Shown here one piece after another: positions 1-8,820 of a stretch of DNA of 53,469 nucleotides. The translations under genes were made by a program, and so were the position numbers. Below the pieces are notes generated by a model. It saw only the letters and a program-made list of their open reading frames with translations. It searched no databases and had not been told where the DNA came from. The stretch comes from an uncultured Nitriliruptoria bacterium (GTDB lineage Bacteria; Actinomycetota; Nitriliruptoria; Nitriliruptorales; Nitriliruptoraceae), in the NCBI GenBank assembly GCA_965364815.1, contig CBDTZE010000001.1:1-53469 (forward strand), written 5' to 3'. The first letter of the stretch is position 1. The number at the start of each line of letters is the position of its first letter.

Positions 1-284
1 AGGACGTCCGTGACGGGCTGCTGGCTTCGCTGGGTGGCGGTCAGTTCCAGCCGGTTCGCATCGGCGAGGACAGCGTCCTGGCCGTCGAGACGACCGAGCA
101 GCGCCTGCTGCTCTGGTTCGCTCCGGGGGGAGACTGGTACCAACTGCTGGTGGCACGGCGATCGTTCGACCGTGCTGACGAGGTCTTTGCGGCCGTACTG
201 GCCACCCAACGGGGGCAGCGCGTGACGGGGCTGGCGGACCTCGGCCGCACCGAGAAGTTCGACGCACGGCGGGGGATGCCATGA
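1..284 (+). CDS. 3' end of an unidentified protein-coding gene (5'-truncated by the window edge)
   Basis: Frame 3 is open from the window edge to TGA at 282-284 (...LLLWFAPGGDWYQLLVARRSFDRADEVFAAVLATQRGQRV...RRGMP*). Third codon positions are GC-rich like the neighbouring genes. The stop overlaps the next ATG (ATGA at 281-284). It is absent from the ORF track because it has no start codon. No family recognised. Confidence 0.4.
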   Translation, partial: DVRDGLLASLGGGQFQPVRIGEDSVLAVETTEQRLLLWFAPGGDWYQLLVARRSFDRADEVFAAVLATQRGQRVTGLADLGRTEKFDARRGMP

Positions 285-1306
285 GGGGGACCGCCATCGC
301 GTTGTGCCTCGCGGCGAGCCTCGCGGCCTCCTGCAGCGGCCCCCGGGAGTCCCTGGACGTCGGCGTGCGTGAGGTCGCCAGCGACATCGTGCTGGGCACC
401 CAGGGCCGCAAGCAGCCAGCCGCCCCGACGGCCGTGCCGATCCCACCGACGCCCGTCGCCCTGAACGTGCCCAACGCCATCGCCGTCCTCGCCCCGCCGC
501 GGTTCCCGACGCCGTCGCCGACGCCTTCCCTCGCGCCACTCCCGTCGCGCACCGAAACCTGCGCGGTCGCCGACCCGCTGTCCGTGCCGCGCCACCCCGC
601 GACCGACACCGAGGGCCAGGCCCCGGTCGAGGAAGGTTTCGAGGTCGGCAACGACGGGACGTTCTCCGTCTCTGGCCCGAACGCCAACGAAGGCACGTTC
701 GAGGCCCGTTCCAGTCGGTTCGTCCGCGACGTCGAGGTCGACGGCCGGGGGGACGTCCGGTACGACGTGATGACCAACCTGGCTGGCACCGGCACGATCA
801 CCTCGTATCTGCTGCGCAACGAGCGACCGATCGACGACGGCCTCGGGGTCGGCGACCAGGCGAACCTCGACCAGGGCCGCGGGTTCTTCCTGAGCTCGGT
901 CGTCACGAGGTTGCCCGACGACCGGATCACGTCCTTCCGCCCCGCCACGCCGTTGCGGCTGCTGCGCTTCCCGGCCTTCGCGGGCGACACCTTCGATGAG
1001 TTCGCCACGGACCCCGTCAGCGGCACGTCGATGCAGTACACCGTCACCGTTGGCAAGAAGATCCGCGTCGATGCCTGCGGTGAGTTCATCGAGGCCATCC
1101 GGGTGCAGCTCACCGACGGGCGGGTCATCGGACCGGAGGTCGACGTCCGCTTCGTCGCGACCTACGACATCGCCACCCAGTACGGGGGCCTGATCGTCCG
1201 TGACGAGGTCACGGCATCCGGGCGCGAGGGACTCGACACCGTGACGCGCACGAACGTCGCGACCTTCCGCTCCGTCCCCACGCACGTGACCGAGGGCGCA
1301 GGATGA
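281..1306 (+). CDS. Secreted lipoprotein of unknown function
   Basis: Signal peptide with lipobox (MRGTAIALCLAASLAAS-C), a Pro-rich linker, then a beta-rich domain. ATGA overlaps with both flanking genes suggest an operon. Confidence 0.7.
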   Translation: MRGTAIALCLAASLAASCSGPRESLDVGVREVASDIVLGTQGRKQPAAPTAVPIPPTPVALNVPNAIAVLAPPRFPTPSPTPSLAPLPSRTETCAVADPLSVPRHPATDTEGQAPVEEGFEVGNDGTFSVSGPNANEGTFEARSSRFVRDVEVDGRGDVRYDVMTNLAGTGTITSYLLRNERPIDDGLGVGDQANLDQGRGFFLSSVVTRLPDDRITSFRPATPLRLLRFPAFAGDTFDEFATDPVSGTSMQYTVTVGKKIRVDACGEFIEAIRVQLTDGRVIGPEVDVRFVATYDIATQYGGLIVRDEVTASGREGLDTVTRTNVATFRSVPTHVTEGAG

Positions 1307-3003
1307 CGTGGGTCTCTCGCGTCGCGCTGACCCTCGCCTTCGCGGTGGGCGCGACCGCCTGCGGCCAGGGGCCGCTGACGGCCCCGCCCCCTCCGACCGG
1401 CGTCAGCATCCGCGGCACCGTGTCGGTGGCGATGCCTCGACCGGCGTCCCTCGATCCTTCGAACGTCCTTGACGCCAGCGGCGAGATGATCGTGCGGACC
1501 ATGTGCGACCCGCTGATCGACGTCGACCGCGTCACCGGGGCGCTGGTGCCGGCACTGGTGCAGTCATGGATCGTGACGGATGGCGGCACGCGGATCGTCC
1601 TGCGGCTTCGTGACGGGCTGACCTTCCCGGACGGCACGCCGGCGACGTCACAGGACGTCGTGTTCTCGCTGTCGAGGGCCGCTTCCGCCGACTTCGCCGG
1701 GGAGAACGCCAACCTCTTCGCCGGCATCGTCGGTCACGACGTCCTGCGCGGCCGCGAGGAGGCCCGCGAGCCGCGACACCGTCGCGAGTACCAGGGCATC
1801 CGGGTGCTGTCGGCCACGGCGTTCGAACTCAACCTCGACGACGGGGCGCAGTTCGTCCTGCCGCAACTGACCCACCCGACGGCCAGCCTGCTCAGCGAGG
1901 ACGCCGCGCTGCGCGACCCCCGGGCCTTCGCTGCCTCGCCCGTCTGCGTCGGCCCCTATCGACCGCTGGCCGCCTTCGATCCCGATGCGGCCACCTTCGA
2001 ACTCGAACGTGTGGCGAGCTACCCCGGCGTCAACGAGGCACACGTCGCCGGCGGCCAGGGGTTCATCGAGCGCTTCAGCTTCCACTGGACGCCGGCGGAG
2101 GGCGAACAGGACCAGGCGAGGGACGCTCCGCGTGTCGCGCTTCCGGGGTTCGACGCCCAAGACGTGGTCGTCCTCGACGCCGGTCAGCGACGCGCAGCGG
2201 ACGCCTCGACCGTGCACCGGGTGCTGACGGCCCCGCGTCCCGAGGCCCAGTATCTCGGCATCCCGGATGCCCTGGTCGGATCCGAGGGTCGCAGGGCGCT
2301 GTCGCTGGCCCTTGACCGCGAGGCGATCGCGGCGGCGCTGGGGGAGGAGCGGGCCGGACCGCTGAGCAGCTTCCTGCCACCCTCGCTGGGTACGGATCTG
2401 CATCGTCCCTCGTCGTGCGATGTGCTCAGCGCCACGGGTGACGTGCAGGCCGCGAGGCGGGCCCTGTCGGCAGCCGGCGTGGACCTGCGAGGTGTCCGGT
2501 TCCCCATCGTCACCAATCCGGAGTTCGACAACGCGGCCCTTGTGGCCGAGGTCGCGCGTCAGTGGCGGGCGGCGTTCCCCGGCTTCAGCCCGGTGGTCGA
2601 AGAGGTCGAATGGGACGACTTCCGTCGCACCTTCGACGACCCGGCCGGCTTCACGAAGGGCTTCCGGACCTCTCACCGCGTCCCCTTCCCTTCGCCGGCG
2701 CTCTGGCTGTCGCCGTTCCGCACCGCGTCCATCGGCAGCACGAATGCCGTGGCGTTCGCGGACGGGATCTTTGACGAGCTCGTCGGACTGCAGGCAGCGA
2801 AGGCCACCGATCCCGTCGACCAGGGTGCGGTCTTCCGCCAGGCGGAGGACCGGCTCTGCCAGGCACTTCCGATGCTTCCGCTGGTGCATGGCCAGCGGGC
2901 CTGGTCGATCGGGCCCGGCCTGGCATCGGCAACGGGAGACATCGCTGATCTCGCCGATTCCGTCACCGGCGGGATCCGGCTGCGGGACCTGCACCGCCCC
3001 TGA
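1303..3003 (+). CDS. ABC-transporter substrate-binding lipoprotein, family 5 (peptide/nickel type)
   Basis: Lipobox LAFAVGATAC. SBP_bac_5-like core (LDPSNVLDASGEMIVRTMCDPLIDVD...PALVQSWIVTDGGTRIVLRLRDGLTFPDGTPATSQDVVFSL). No permease or ATPase genes are adjacent. Confidence 0.8.
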   Translation: MTWVSRVALTLAFAVGATACGQGPLTAPPPPTGVSIRGTVSVAMPRPASLDPSNVLDASGEMIVRTMCDPLIDVDRVTGALVPALVQSWIVTDGGTRIVLRLRDGLTFPDGTPATSQDVVFSLSRAASADFAGENANLFAGIVGHDVLRGREEAREPRHRREYQGIRVLSATAFELNLDDGAQFVLPQLTHPTASLLSEDAALRDPRAFAASPVCVGPYRPLAAFDPDAATFELERVASYPGVNEAHVAGGQGFIERFSFHWTPAEGEQDQARDAPRVALPGFDAQDVVVLDAGQRRAADASTVHRVLTAPRPEAQYLGIPDALVGSEGRRALSLALDREAIAAALGEERAGPLSSFLPPSLGTDLHRPSSCDVLSATGDVQAARRALSAAGVDLRGVRFPIVTNPEFDNAALVAEVARQWRAAFPGFSPVVEEVEWDDFRRTFDDPAGFTKGFRTSHRVPFPSPALWLSPFRTASIGSTNAVAFADGIFDELVGLQAAKATDPVDQGAVFRQAEDRLCQALPMLPLVHGQRAWSIGPGLASATGDIADLADSVTGGIRLRDLHRP

Positions 3004-3006
3004 TCA

Positions 3007-4143
3007 TCAGGCGCAGGCAGCCGCTGCCTCGTTGAGTTCGCCCATGCGGGCCATCCACTGCAGCGGGTCACGGTGCAGGCCGGACGTGAAGGCGGTGAAG
3101 GCGAGACCGGAGTCTGGGTCGGCCCACGCGATGTTGCCGCCACTGCCGTACTGCCCGAAGACTCGGGGGCCCAGGCTCGTCGGGAGCCCTCGCATCGCGG
3201 CCGCACCGTCCTCCCCGCTGACGTGGAAGCCGAGCGAGCGGTTGGCCGGTGCGCCGAGCATGGGCTCGCGCAGGGTGGAGCGGATCTCGTGGGTGAAGGC
3301 GTGTCGGACCTCGTCCGACCACAGCGCGGGGACTCCCGTGGCCAGCGCGGCAAGAACCGCGGCCACGTCGGCTGCCCCCGTGACCAGGCCCGCGGCCGGG
3401 ATGCCCAACTCGAGGATCCCGGGGTCGCCCACTCGCAGCAGGTACTTCGTCGCGGCCTCGCCGAGCATCACCTCGAGGTTGATGCCCTGGGCCTGCAACG
3501 CCGCGACCACCTCGGGGTCGATCGGGTCGCCGACGGCAACCGGCCGTCGGACCGTGTCGCCGACCGGCCCACCGAAGGTGGCCGTGAGGCCCAAGGGGTC
3601 GAGGATGCGGTCACGCACCAGCCCTTGGATCGTCTGGCCCGTCAGTTCCTCGACCAGGAGTGCGAGCACCCAGTGGGCCGAGGTCGGGTGGTAGTTGGAC
3701 GACTCGCCCGGCTCGTGTGCGGTTCGCCAGCGCTCCATCCGCGCCCGACGAGCCCCCGGGTCGACACCCTCGATCGGCCGCATGGGCGCGGTCGCAAGCC
3801 CGGCCTGGTGCAGCAGCACATGCTCGACCGTGATGCGCTCTTTGCCCTCACCCGTGAACCACGGAACCACCTCGACCACACGGGCCTGGAGGTCGAGCGT
3901 GCCTTCGTCCACCAGCGTGGCGACCGCGGCGTTGGTGACGCCCTTGGTCGCCGAGAAGATGACGACCTGGGTGTCGGGGTCAGCGCCCACGACGGCGTCC
4001 AGCAGAACCTCGTCGCCGCGTCGCAGGTGCACCAGTGCATCCGGCCACGGCCCTTCGGTGACCTGGCGTGTCGCCACTTCCAGCAGCGACTGGGCTGCTG
4101 CGCCGTTGACGACGGGTGCGTGGACGTCGACGGGGTCGCTCAC
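3007..4143 (-). CDS. Serine hydrolase of the beta-lactamase/esterase (class C-like) family
   Basis: S-x-x-K nucleophile motif in its usual N-terminal context (VVIFSATKGVTNAAV). Length is 378 aa. Convergent with the SBP gene, 3 nt apart. Confidence 0.75.
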   Translation of the reverse strand: MSDPVDVHAPVVNGAAAQSLLEVATRQVTEGPWPDALVHLRRGDEVLLDAVVGADPDTQVVIFSATKGVTNAAVATLVDEGTLDLQARVVEVVPWFTGEGKERITVEHVLLHQAGLATAPMRPIEGVDPGARRARMERWRTAHEPGESSNYHPTSAHWVLALLVEELTGQTIQGLVRDRILDPLGLTATFGGPVGDTVRRPVAVGDPIDPEVVAALQAQGINLEVMLGEAATKYLLRVGDPGILELGIPAAGLVTGAADVAAVLAALATGVPALWSDEVRHAFTHEIRSTLREPMLGAPANRSLGFHVSGEDGAAAMRGLPTSLGPRVFGQYGSGGNIAWADPDSGLAFTAFTSGLHRDPLQWMARMGELNEAAAACA

Positions 4144-4208
4144 CTGTTGCTCCTCGGGCTGCGATACTGCAGAACGGCGAATGAAACTACGACGGGGCCG
4201 GAGGACGG

Positions 4209-5648
4209 GTGCAACGGCTCAGCGGCATGGATGCGGGATTCCTGCACATGGAGACGCCCTCCATGCACCTGCACACGCTCAAGATCGGCATCGTCGACCC
4301 GTCGACCGTGCCGGGCGGGTACCGGTTCGAGGAGTTTCGCCAGGTGCTGTCGGACCGACTGCACCTCCTGCCGCCCTTTCGGCAGACGGTCGTCGAGATC
4401 CCCTTCGGCCTGCATCATCCCGTCTGGGTCGAGGACGCCGACTTCGCCATCGACGACCACCTCGTCCGTGTCGCCGTCCCGGCACCCGGGACGATGCGCG
4501 AGGTCGACGAGTTGATCGGGCACATCGCCTCGCGCCCGCTGGATCGATCGCGGCCGCTCTGGGAGATGTGGATCATCGAAGGCCTGGCCGATGGTCGGGT
4601 GGCCTTCGTCACCAAGGTCCACCATGCGGCCGCCGACGGGGTTGCCGCATCCGCGATGCTGGCGAACATCATGTCCGTCGGCCCGGAACTGGCGCCGGTC
4701 GACCCGCCGCCGTTCCGAGGCGAGGCGCGGCCGAGCAATGCCATGCTGGTGGCCCGTGCCTTCGCGGACCACGTCCCGCAGTTCTTCCGCCTGGGTGCCC
4801 TCCTGCGGCGCACGTGGCTGGCGGTCCGAGCGATCATGGCCATGCGCAAGGGTGAAGAGTTGGACACACCCCGTCCCGTCCTCGATGCCCCGATGGCTTC
4901 CTTCAACGGGGCGCTGACGTCACAACGAACCTTCGCGACGGCCTCCCTGCCGCTCGCCGACTTCCGCACCGTCAAGGCCGTCTTCGGCGTCACATTGAAC
5001 GATGTCGTCCTCGCGGTCGTCTCGGGGGCGTTGCGCCGCCACCTCGACCGAAATGGGGAGAAGCTGGACCGTTCCCTGACCTGTTCGGTCCCGGTTGGTG
5101 TGGACGGGCCCGAGGACGGCCCGCGGCTGATCGGCAATCGGGTCTCCAACCTCTTCACGACCCTCGCGACCGACCTCGACGACCCCATTGCTCGGCTTCA
5201 CCGGATCAACCGGGTGACCACCGACGCGAAGCGGATGCAGGAGGCGTTGGGCAAGGACTTCATGGAGTCGTGGATCGAGTACACCCCACCGCCACTGCTC
5301 AAGGCGTTCGTGAAGCTCTACACCCGGTACCGCTTCGCCGACCGCCATCGGCCACCGCAGAACCTCGTCGTGTCGAACGTGCCGGGGCCCCGCGAGCCGC
5401 TCCACGTCGCCGGGGCGCGCCTGACCGACCTCTACTCGGTCGGGCCGATCATGGAGGGCATGGGCCTGAACGTCACCGTGTGGAGCTACGTCGATCGCAT
5501 GAACTTCAGCGCCCTCGCCTGTCGGAACCGGCTGCCGAAGTTGCACCTCGTCGTGGACGACTTTGCCGTTGCGCTGGCGGAGTTGGTGGACCTCGCAGCC
5601 GGTGCTGACAGGGGCACGACGTCGGCCGGAGCCCCGCCAGGGTCGTGA
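4209..5648 (+). CDS. Wax ester synthase/diacylglycerol acyltransferase (WS/DGAT)
   Basis: GTG start. Family-typical N-terminus MQRLSGMDAGFLHMET and the diagnostic HHxxxDG motif (KVHHAAADGVAAS). 479 aa. Confidence 0.9.
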   Translation: MQRLSGMDAGFLHMETPSMHLHTLKIGIVDPSTVPGGYRFEEFRQVLSDRLHLLPPFRQTVVEIPFGLHHPVWVEDADFAIDDHLVRVAVPAPGTMREVDELIGHIASRPLDRSRPLWEMWIIEGLADGRVAFVTKVHHAAADGVAASAMLANIMSVGPELAPVDPPPFRGEARPSNAMLVARAFADHVPQFFRLGALLRRTWLAVRAIMAMRKGEELDTPRPVLDAPMASFNGALTSQRTFATASLPLADFRTVKAVFGVTLNDVVLAVVSGALRRHLDRNGEKLDRSLTCSVPVGVDGPEDGPRLIGNRVSNLFTTLATDLDDPIARLHRINRVTTDAKRMQEALGKDFMESWIEYTPPPLLKAFVKLYTRYRFADRHRPPQNLVVSNVPGPREPLHVAGARLTDLYSVGPIMEGMGLNVTVWSYVDRMNFSALACRNRLPKLHLVVDDFAVALAELVDLAAGADRGTTSAGAPPGS

Positions 5649-5733
5649 GCGAGGGTCTGCGCTGACTGGCCCCAACCGTGGACATCGGGACGTCCGCTCG
5701 TCACCCTTGTGGTCCACGACGCTCGGCGCACGG

Positions 5734-5955
5734 ATGAAGTTCTTCGGCATAGGCCGTCTTCGCGCGGAGCGTCAGGCGCAGGAGCGGGCCCACATCGAGG
5801 AGCTCGAGGCGCAACTCCAGCGGCTCCGGGAAGATGCGGCGACGGCGCAGTCCGAAGGCCGTCACGAGCGCGTTGCCTTGCTCGAACGGAAGATGGACGA
5901 GGTCAACGAGCGGTTGGTCATGACCCTCGACCTGCGTGGCTTCGACACGCTCTGA
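5734..5955 (+). CDS. Small coiled-coil protein, unknown function
   Basis: ORF 5563..5955 trimmed to the ATG at 5734 (MKFFGIGRLRAERQAQERAHIEELEAQLQRLRED...). Heptad-like charged sequence with acceptable codon bias. The RBS is weak, so it could be spurious. Confidence 0.4.
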   Translation: MKFFGIGRLRAERQAQERAHIEELEAQLQRLREDAATAQSEGRHERVALLERKMDEVNERLVMTLDLRGFDTL

Positions 5956-5958
5956 CCC

Positions 5959-6432
5959 TCAGTCGTCCTGCGCGTCGTAGAACGCCGCCATCCGACGTGC
6001 CATCTCTTCCTCGCTGACGTCCTCGACGTGTCGACCGATGCCCCAGAGGTGCCCGAAGGGGTCGCGGATGCGGCCACCCTCGTCCCCGTAGAACTGCAAC
6101 TCGAACGGAAAGACGATGTCGGCACCCTTGGCCAATGCACGTTCCCAACGCTGTGGCGCGTCATCCGAGTAGACAAACAAAGCGACGGGCGTGCCGCCGA
6201 GCTCCTTGGGGGACACCACCGGCCCGCCGGGCCAGGGGTCGCCCAGCATGAGGACGGAGCCGTCGATCGTGAGCTCGGCGTGGCCGACCAGGCCGTCAGG
6301 CCCGGTCATTCGGTCTCCACGTTCAACCGCACCGAAGACCTCGATGTACCAGTCGATCGCTTCGGCACAGGGGGAACAGACCAGCGATGGCGTCACGCCG
6401 TGCAGTCCGACGGGGACAGGATCGACGGCCAT
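5959..6432 (-). CDS. VOC (glyoxalase/bleomycin-resistance, PhnB-like) family protein
   Basis: 157 aa. Pattern ...AIDWYIEVFGA...GHAELTIDGSVLMLGDP...FGHLWGI is typical of PhnB-like VOC proteins. Confidence 0.75.
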   Translation of the reverse strand: MAVDPVPVGLHGVTPSLVCSPCAEAIDWYIEVFGAVERGDRMTGPDGLVGHAELTIDGSVLMLGDPWPGGPVVSPKELGGTPVALFVYSDDAPQRWERALAKGADIVFPFELQFYGDEGGRIRDPFGHLWGIGRHVEDVSEEEMARRMAAFYDAQDD

Positions 6433-6491
6433 GGGAGGGCTCCGGGTTCGGTGTGACCCAACCTAGGAGCCCCGCAGGGAACCTGCCCAGG

Positions 6492-7301
6492 TCAGCGGAC
6501 GATGGCCTGGCCGCCATTGGACCGCCAGACCTGCCCGGTGCAGAACGCCCCGGCGTCAGAGCACAGGAACAGGATCAGGTTGGCCTGGTCCTGCGCCTCG
6601 CCCACGCGGCGGATCGGGGAGATGTTCTGCATCCGCTTCACGAACTCGTCGTACTTCTCCTGGTTCAGCGTGCCGTCGGCCTCGTAGGCGTGCCGGGAGG
6701 TGAACGGGGTGATCGTCGAGCCCGGCGCGATGGTGTTCACGCGGATCTTGTCGCGACCGACCTCCCAGACCATCGACATGGTCAGCTGCGCGACGGCAGC
6801 CTTCGTCATCGCGTACATCGCGTACCCCGGGACGCCGATGTCGATCGACGCGGAGGCCACGTTGATGATCGACCCGCCCTCGCCCGTGGTCTTCATCGCC
6901 CGCATCGCGGCCTGGCAGCCGTAGACCGAGCCCTTGAGGTTGATGTTGATGACCCGGTCGAGTTCTTCCTCGGTGATGTCCGCGACCTTGCCCTCGGCCG
7001 CGATGCCCGCGACGTTGGCCCAGGTGTGGACGCCGCCGTAGGTCTCCAGCGCGAAGTCAGCGAGGGCTTCCAGTTGCGCCTTGGAGGTGATGTTGACCTC
7101 GAAGGGGACGGCCTGGCCACCTGCGGCCTCGATGCGCTTGGCCACGGACGTCGCGCCCTCGATGTTGAGGTCAGCGACGACGACCTTGGCGCCCTGGGCC
7201 GCGAGGGTCTCGGCCGTGGCCTCACCGATGCCCGAGGCGCCTCCGGTGATGACGGCGACCTTGCCGGTCATGTCGAATGCAGCGAGCGGAGAGTCGGTCA
7301 T
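6492..7301 (-). CDS. Short-chain dehydrogenase/reductase (SDR)
   Basis: Rossmann motif VAVITGGASGIGEA and catalytic YxxxK (YAMTK). Track ORF 6492..7514 trimmed to the ATG at 7301 (MTDSPLAAFDMTGKVAVITGG), because the upstream extension looks non-coding. Confidence 0.85.
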   Translation of the reverse strand: MTDSPLAAFDMTGKVAVITGGASGIGEATAETLAAQGAKVVVADLNIEGATSVAKRIEAAGGQAVPFEVNITSKAQLEALADFALETYGGVHTWANVAGIAAEGKVADITEEELDRVININLKGSVYGCQAAMRAMKTTGEGGSIINVASASIDIGVPGYAMYAMTKAAVAQLTMSMVWEVGRDKIRVNTIAPGSTITPFTSRHAYEADGTLNQEKYDEFVKRMQNISPIRRVGEAQDQANLILFLCSDAGAFCTGQVWRSNGGQAIVR

Positions 7302-7360
7302 CGGGGGCGCCCTGTGGTCCGGGAGGTTTGGTGAACGTGCAAGCTCGACCCTACATTGAG

Positions 7361-7394
7361 GTTCGCCATTACGACCACCTGTTCGCCATTGCGA
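7361..7394. repeat. Two 14-nt direct repeats (GTTCGCCATTACGA / GTTCGCCATTGCGA), 20 bp start to start
   Basis: Read directly in the 128-bp divergent region between the SDR gene (start 7301) and ribB (start 7430). 13 of 14 positions are identical. Confidence 0.6.
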
Positions 7395-7429
7395 ACACTT
7401 GCGTGGATGAACCTGGTACGGAGGCTGGC

Positions 7430-8185
7430 ATGACCGAGGTTGCGACACCCGGCAGGACCCTCGAGGCGCAGCAGTGGCCGCATGGTCTTGCGGGCGCTCC
7501 GATGCCGACGGCACGCGTCACCGCACCCGTCACCGGGCATCGCGATGCGGGCACCGGCCTGGCTTCGATCGATGCGGCCATCGAGGCGATCCGCAACGGC
7601 GAGATCATCATCGTCGTGGACGACGCCGACCGTGAGAACGAGGGCGACTTCGTCATGGCTGCTGACTGGGTCACCCCCGCGGCGGTCAACTTCATGGTCA
7701 CCGAAGGGCGAGGACTGGTCTGCCTCCCGATGACGGGAGAGCGCCTCGATGCGCTCCGCGTCGGGCCCATGGTCCCCGAGGAGGCCGGCCGGGAGGAGAC
7801 GGCCTTCACCGTCTCGATCGACGTGGAGGAGCCGGGCAACACGGGGATCAGTGCTGCCGCCAGGGCGCGCTGTGTCCGCATGGCCGTCGACCCCGCGACC
7901 CGCCCGGAGCAGCTTCGTCGACCCGGCCACGTCTTCCCATTGCGTGCTCGCGACGGTGGCGTGCTGGAACGTGAGGGGCACACCGAGGCGGCGGTCGACT
8001 TGGCCCGGCTGGCTGGCCTGCACCCTGCGGGGGTGATCTGCGAGATCATGAACCCCGACGGGACGATGGCGAGGCTGCCCGAACTGCTGGACGTGGCCCG
8101 CCTGCATGGCCTGCTGGTGGTGTCCATCGAAGACCTGATCGCGTGGCGAACTCGCCACGATCGCACTGAGGGGAACGCAGCATGA
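7430..8185 (+). CDS. ribB: 3,4-dihydroxy-2-butanone-4-phosphate synthase (stand-alone RibB, no GTP cyclohydrolase II domain)
   Basis: Core IDAAIEAIRNGEIIIVVDDADRENEGDFVMAADWVTPAAVNFMVTEGRGLVCLPM and ...GHTEAAVDLARLAGL. GGAGG lies 5 nt before the ATG at 7430. About 45 aa of N-terminal extension; an alternative ATG is at 7502. Confidence 0.85.
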   Translation: MTEVATPGRTLEAQQWPHGLAGAPMPTARVTAPVTGHRDAGTGLASIDAAIEAIRNGEIIIVVDDADRENEGDFVMAADWVTPAAVNFMVTEGRGLVCLPMTGERLDALRVGPMVPEEAGREETAFTVSIDVEEPGNTGISAAARARCVRMAVDPATRPEQLRRPGHVFPLRARDGGVLEREGHTEAAVDLARLAGLHPAGVICEIMNPDGTMARLPELLDVARLHGLLVVSIEDLIAWRTRHDRTEGNAA

Positions 8186-8748
8186 GTCAGCTCCACATCG
8201 TCGGCATCGGCGGCACGACCAAGCCCGGCTCCTCGACGGAGAAGTCGCTCCAGAGCTGCCTGGCATCGATCGAGGCACTTGGCCATCGGACCACCGGCTT
8301 CATCGGCGCGGATCTCGCGGCGCTGCCGCACTACACCGAGGACGAGTCCGACCGCACGGAGTTGGCCAAGCGGTTCGTCGATTCGATGCGTGACGCGGAC
8401 GGCATCGTCATCGCCTCACCGGCCTACCACGGCAACATGTCCGGCCTGGTCAAGAACGCGGTCGACTACACCCAGGACATGGCCAAGGACGCCCGCGTCT
8501 ACTTCGACGGCCGTTCCGTCGGCCTGATCGCCACCGGCTACGGCTGGCAGGGGATCATCAACACCCTCGCTGGGCTGCGGTCCGTGGTGCACGGCCTGCG
8601 TGGCTGGCCGACGCCGTTGGGCGCCTGCATCAACTCGTTGGAGAAGCCCTTCGGACCCGATGGCGAGGTCACGGACGAGAAGGCAGCCTTCCAGCTTTCC
8701 ACGGTTGCCACCGAGGTGGTGCGCGGGGCGCTGGCCCTCAAGGGCTGA
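8182..8748 (+). CDS. NAD(P)H-dependent FMN reductase family protein
   Basis: MSQLHIVGIGGTTKPGSSTEK...GIVIASPAYHGNMSGLVKNAVDY is typical of the FMN_red family. The start overlaps the ribB stop (ATGA). Confidence 0.8.
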   Translation: MSQLHIVGIGGTTKPGSSTEKSLQSCLASIEALGHRTTGFIGADLAALPHYTEDESDRTELAKRFVDSMRDADGIVIASPAYHGNMSGLVKNAVDYTQDMAKDARVYFDGRSVGLIATGYGWQGIINTLAGLRSVVHGLRGWPTPLGACINSLEKPFGPDGEVTDEKAAFQLSTVATEVVRGALALKG

Positions 8749-8776
8749 GTGGCGCGCTGAGCGGGAACGGAAGGAG

Positions 8777-8808
8777 GCGAGGGCTTGACGCCCTCGCTCT
8801 ATTTGTTG
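8777..8808 (+). terminator. Rho-independent terminator after the FMN reductase gene
   Basis: Perfect 8-bp stem GCGAGGGC / GCCCTCGC with loop TTGAC, followed by TCTATTTGTTG. Confidence 0.6.
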
Positions 8809-8820
8809 CACGCTGTCTTC

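Noticed and set aside
41-1285. 414-aa ORF on the minus strand, antisense to the lipoprotein gene. Similar long shadow ORFs include 1648..2994(-), 3073..4515(+), 2420..3694(+), 8799..9899(-), 12091..13290(+), 30994..32367(-), 34571..35938(-), 35713..36699(-), 38106..39125(-), 41547..42986(+), 45795..47102(-), 47095..48357(-) and 49131..50252(+).
   Set aside because: Their translations are Arg/Pro/Gly/Ala-rich with no recognisable motifs. Each lies opposite to, or out of frame with, a gene that has clear family motifs and GC3 bias. This is the usual behaviour of high-GC DNA, where stop codons are rare in all frames.
5563-5733. Longer 130-aa version of the small coiled-coil ORF.
   Set aside because: The upstream part overlaps the 3' end of the WS/DGAT gene out of frame and is Arg/Pro-rich shadow sequence. 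Only the segment starting at the ATG at 5734 looks protein-like, and even that call has low confidence.
7302-7429. Possible FMN riboswitch (RFN element) upstream of ribB.
   Set aside because: I could not find the conserved RFN core segments (for example the GGGGTGAAATTCC-type and CCGACAGT-type stretches) or a convincing multi-stem structure in these 128 nt. The region holds only two direct repeats.
6492-7514. N-terminally extended versions of real genes in the ORF track: the SDR 6492..7514, plus 7277..8185, 14904..15980, 16634..18022, 21673..23616, 25609..26559, 26507..27370, 28771..29985, 30859..31920, 31736..32692, 34397..36211, 36923..37246, 38311..39873, 43412..44659, 44524..45861, 45657..47111, 48936..50429 and 51384..52226.
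   Set aside because: The extensions overlap neighbouring genes or intergenic operators, lack family sequence, and internal ATG/GTG codons with RBS-like GGAG sequences give proteins that start where homologous families start. These genes are reported with trimmed starts.
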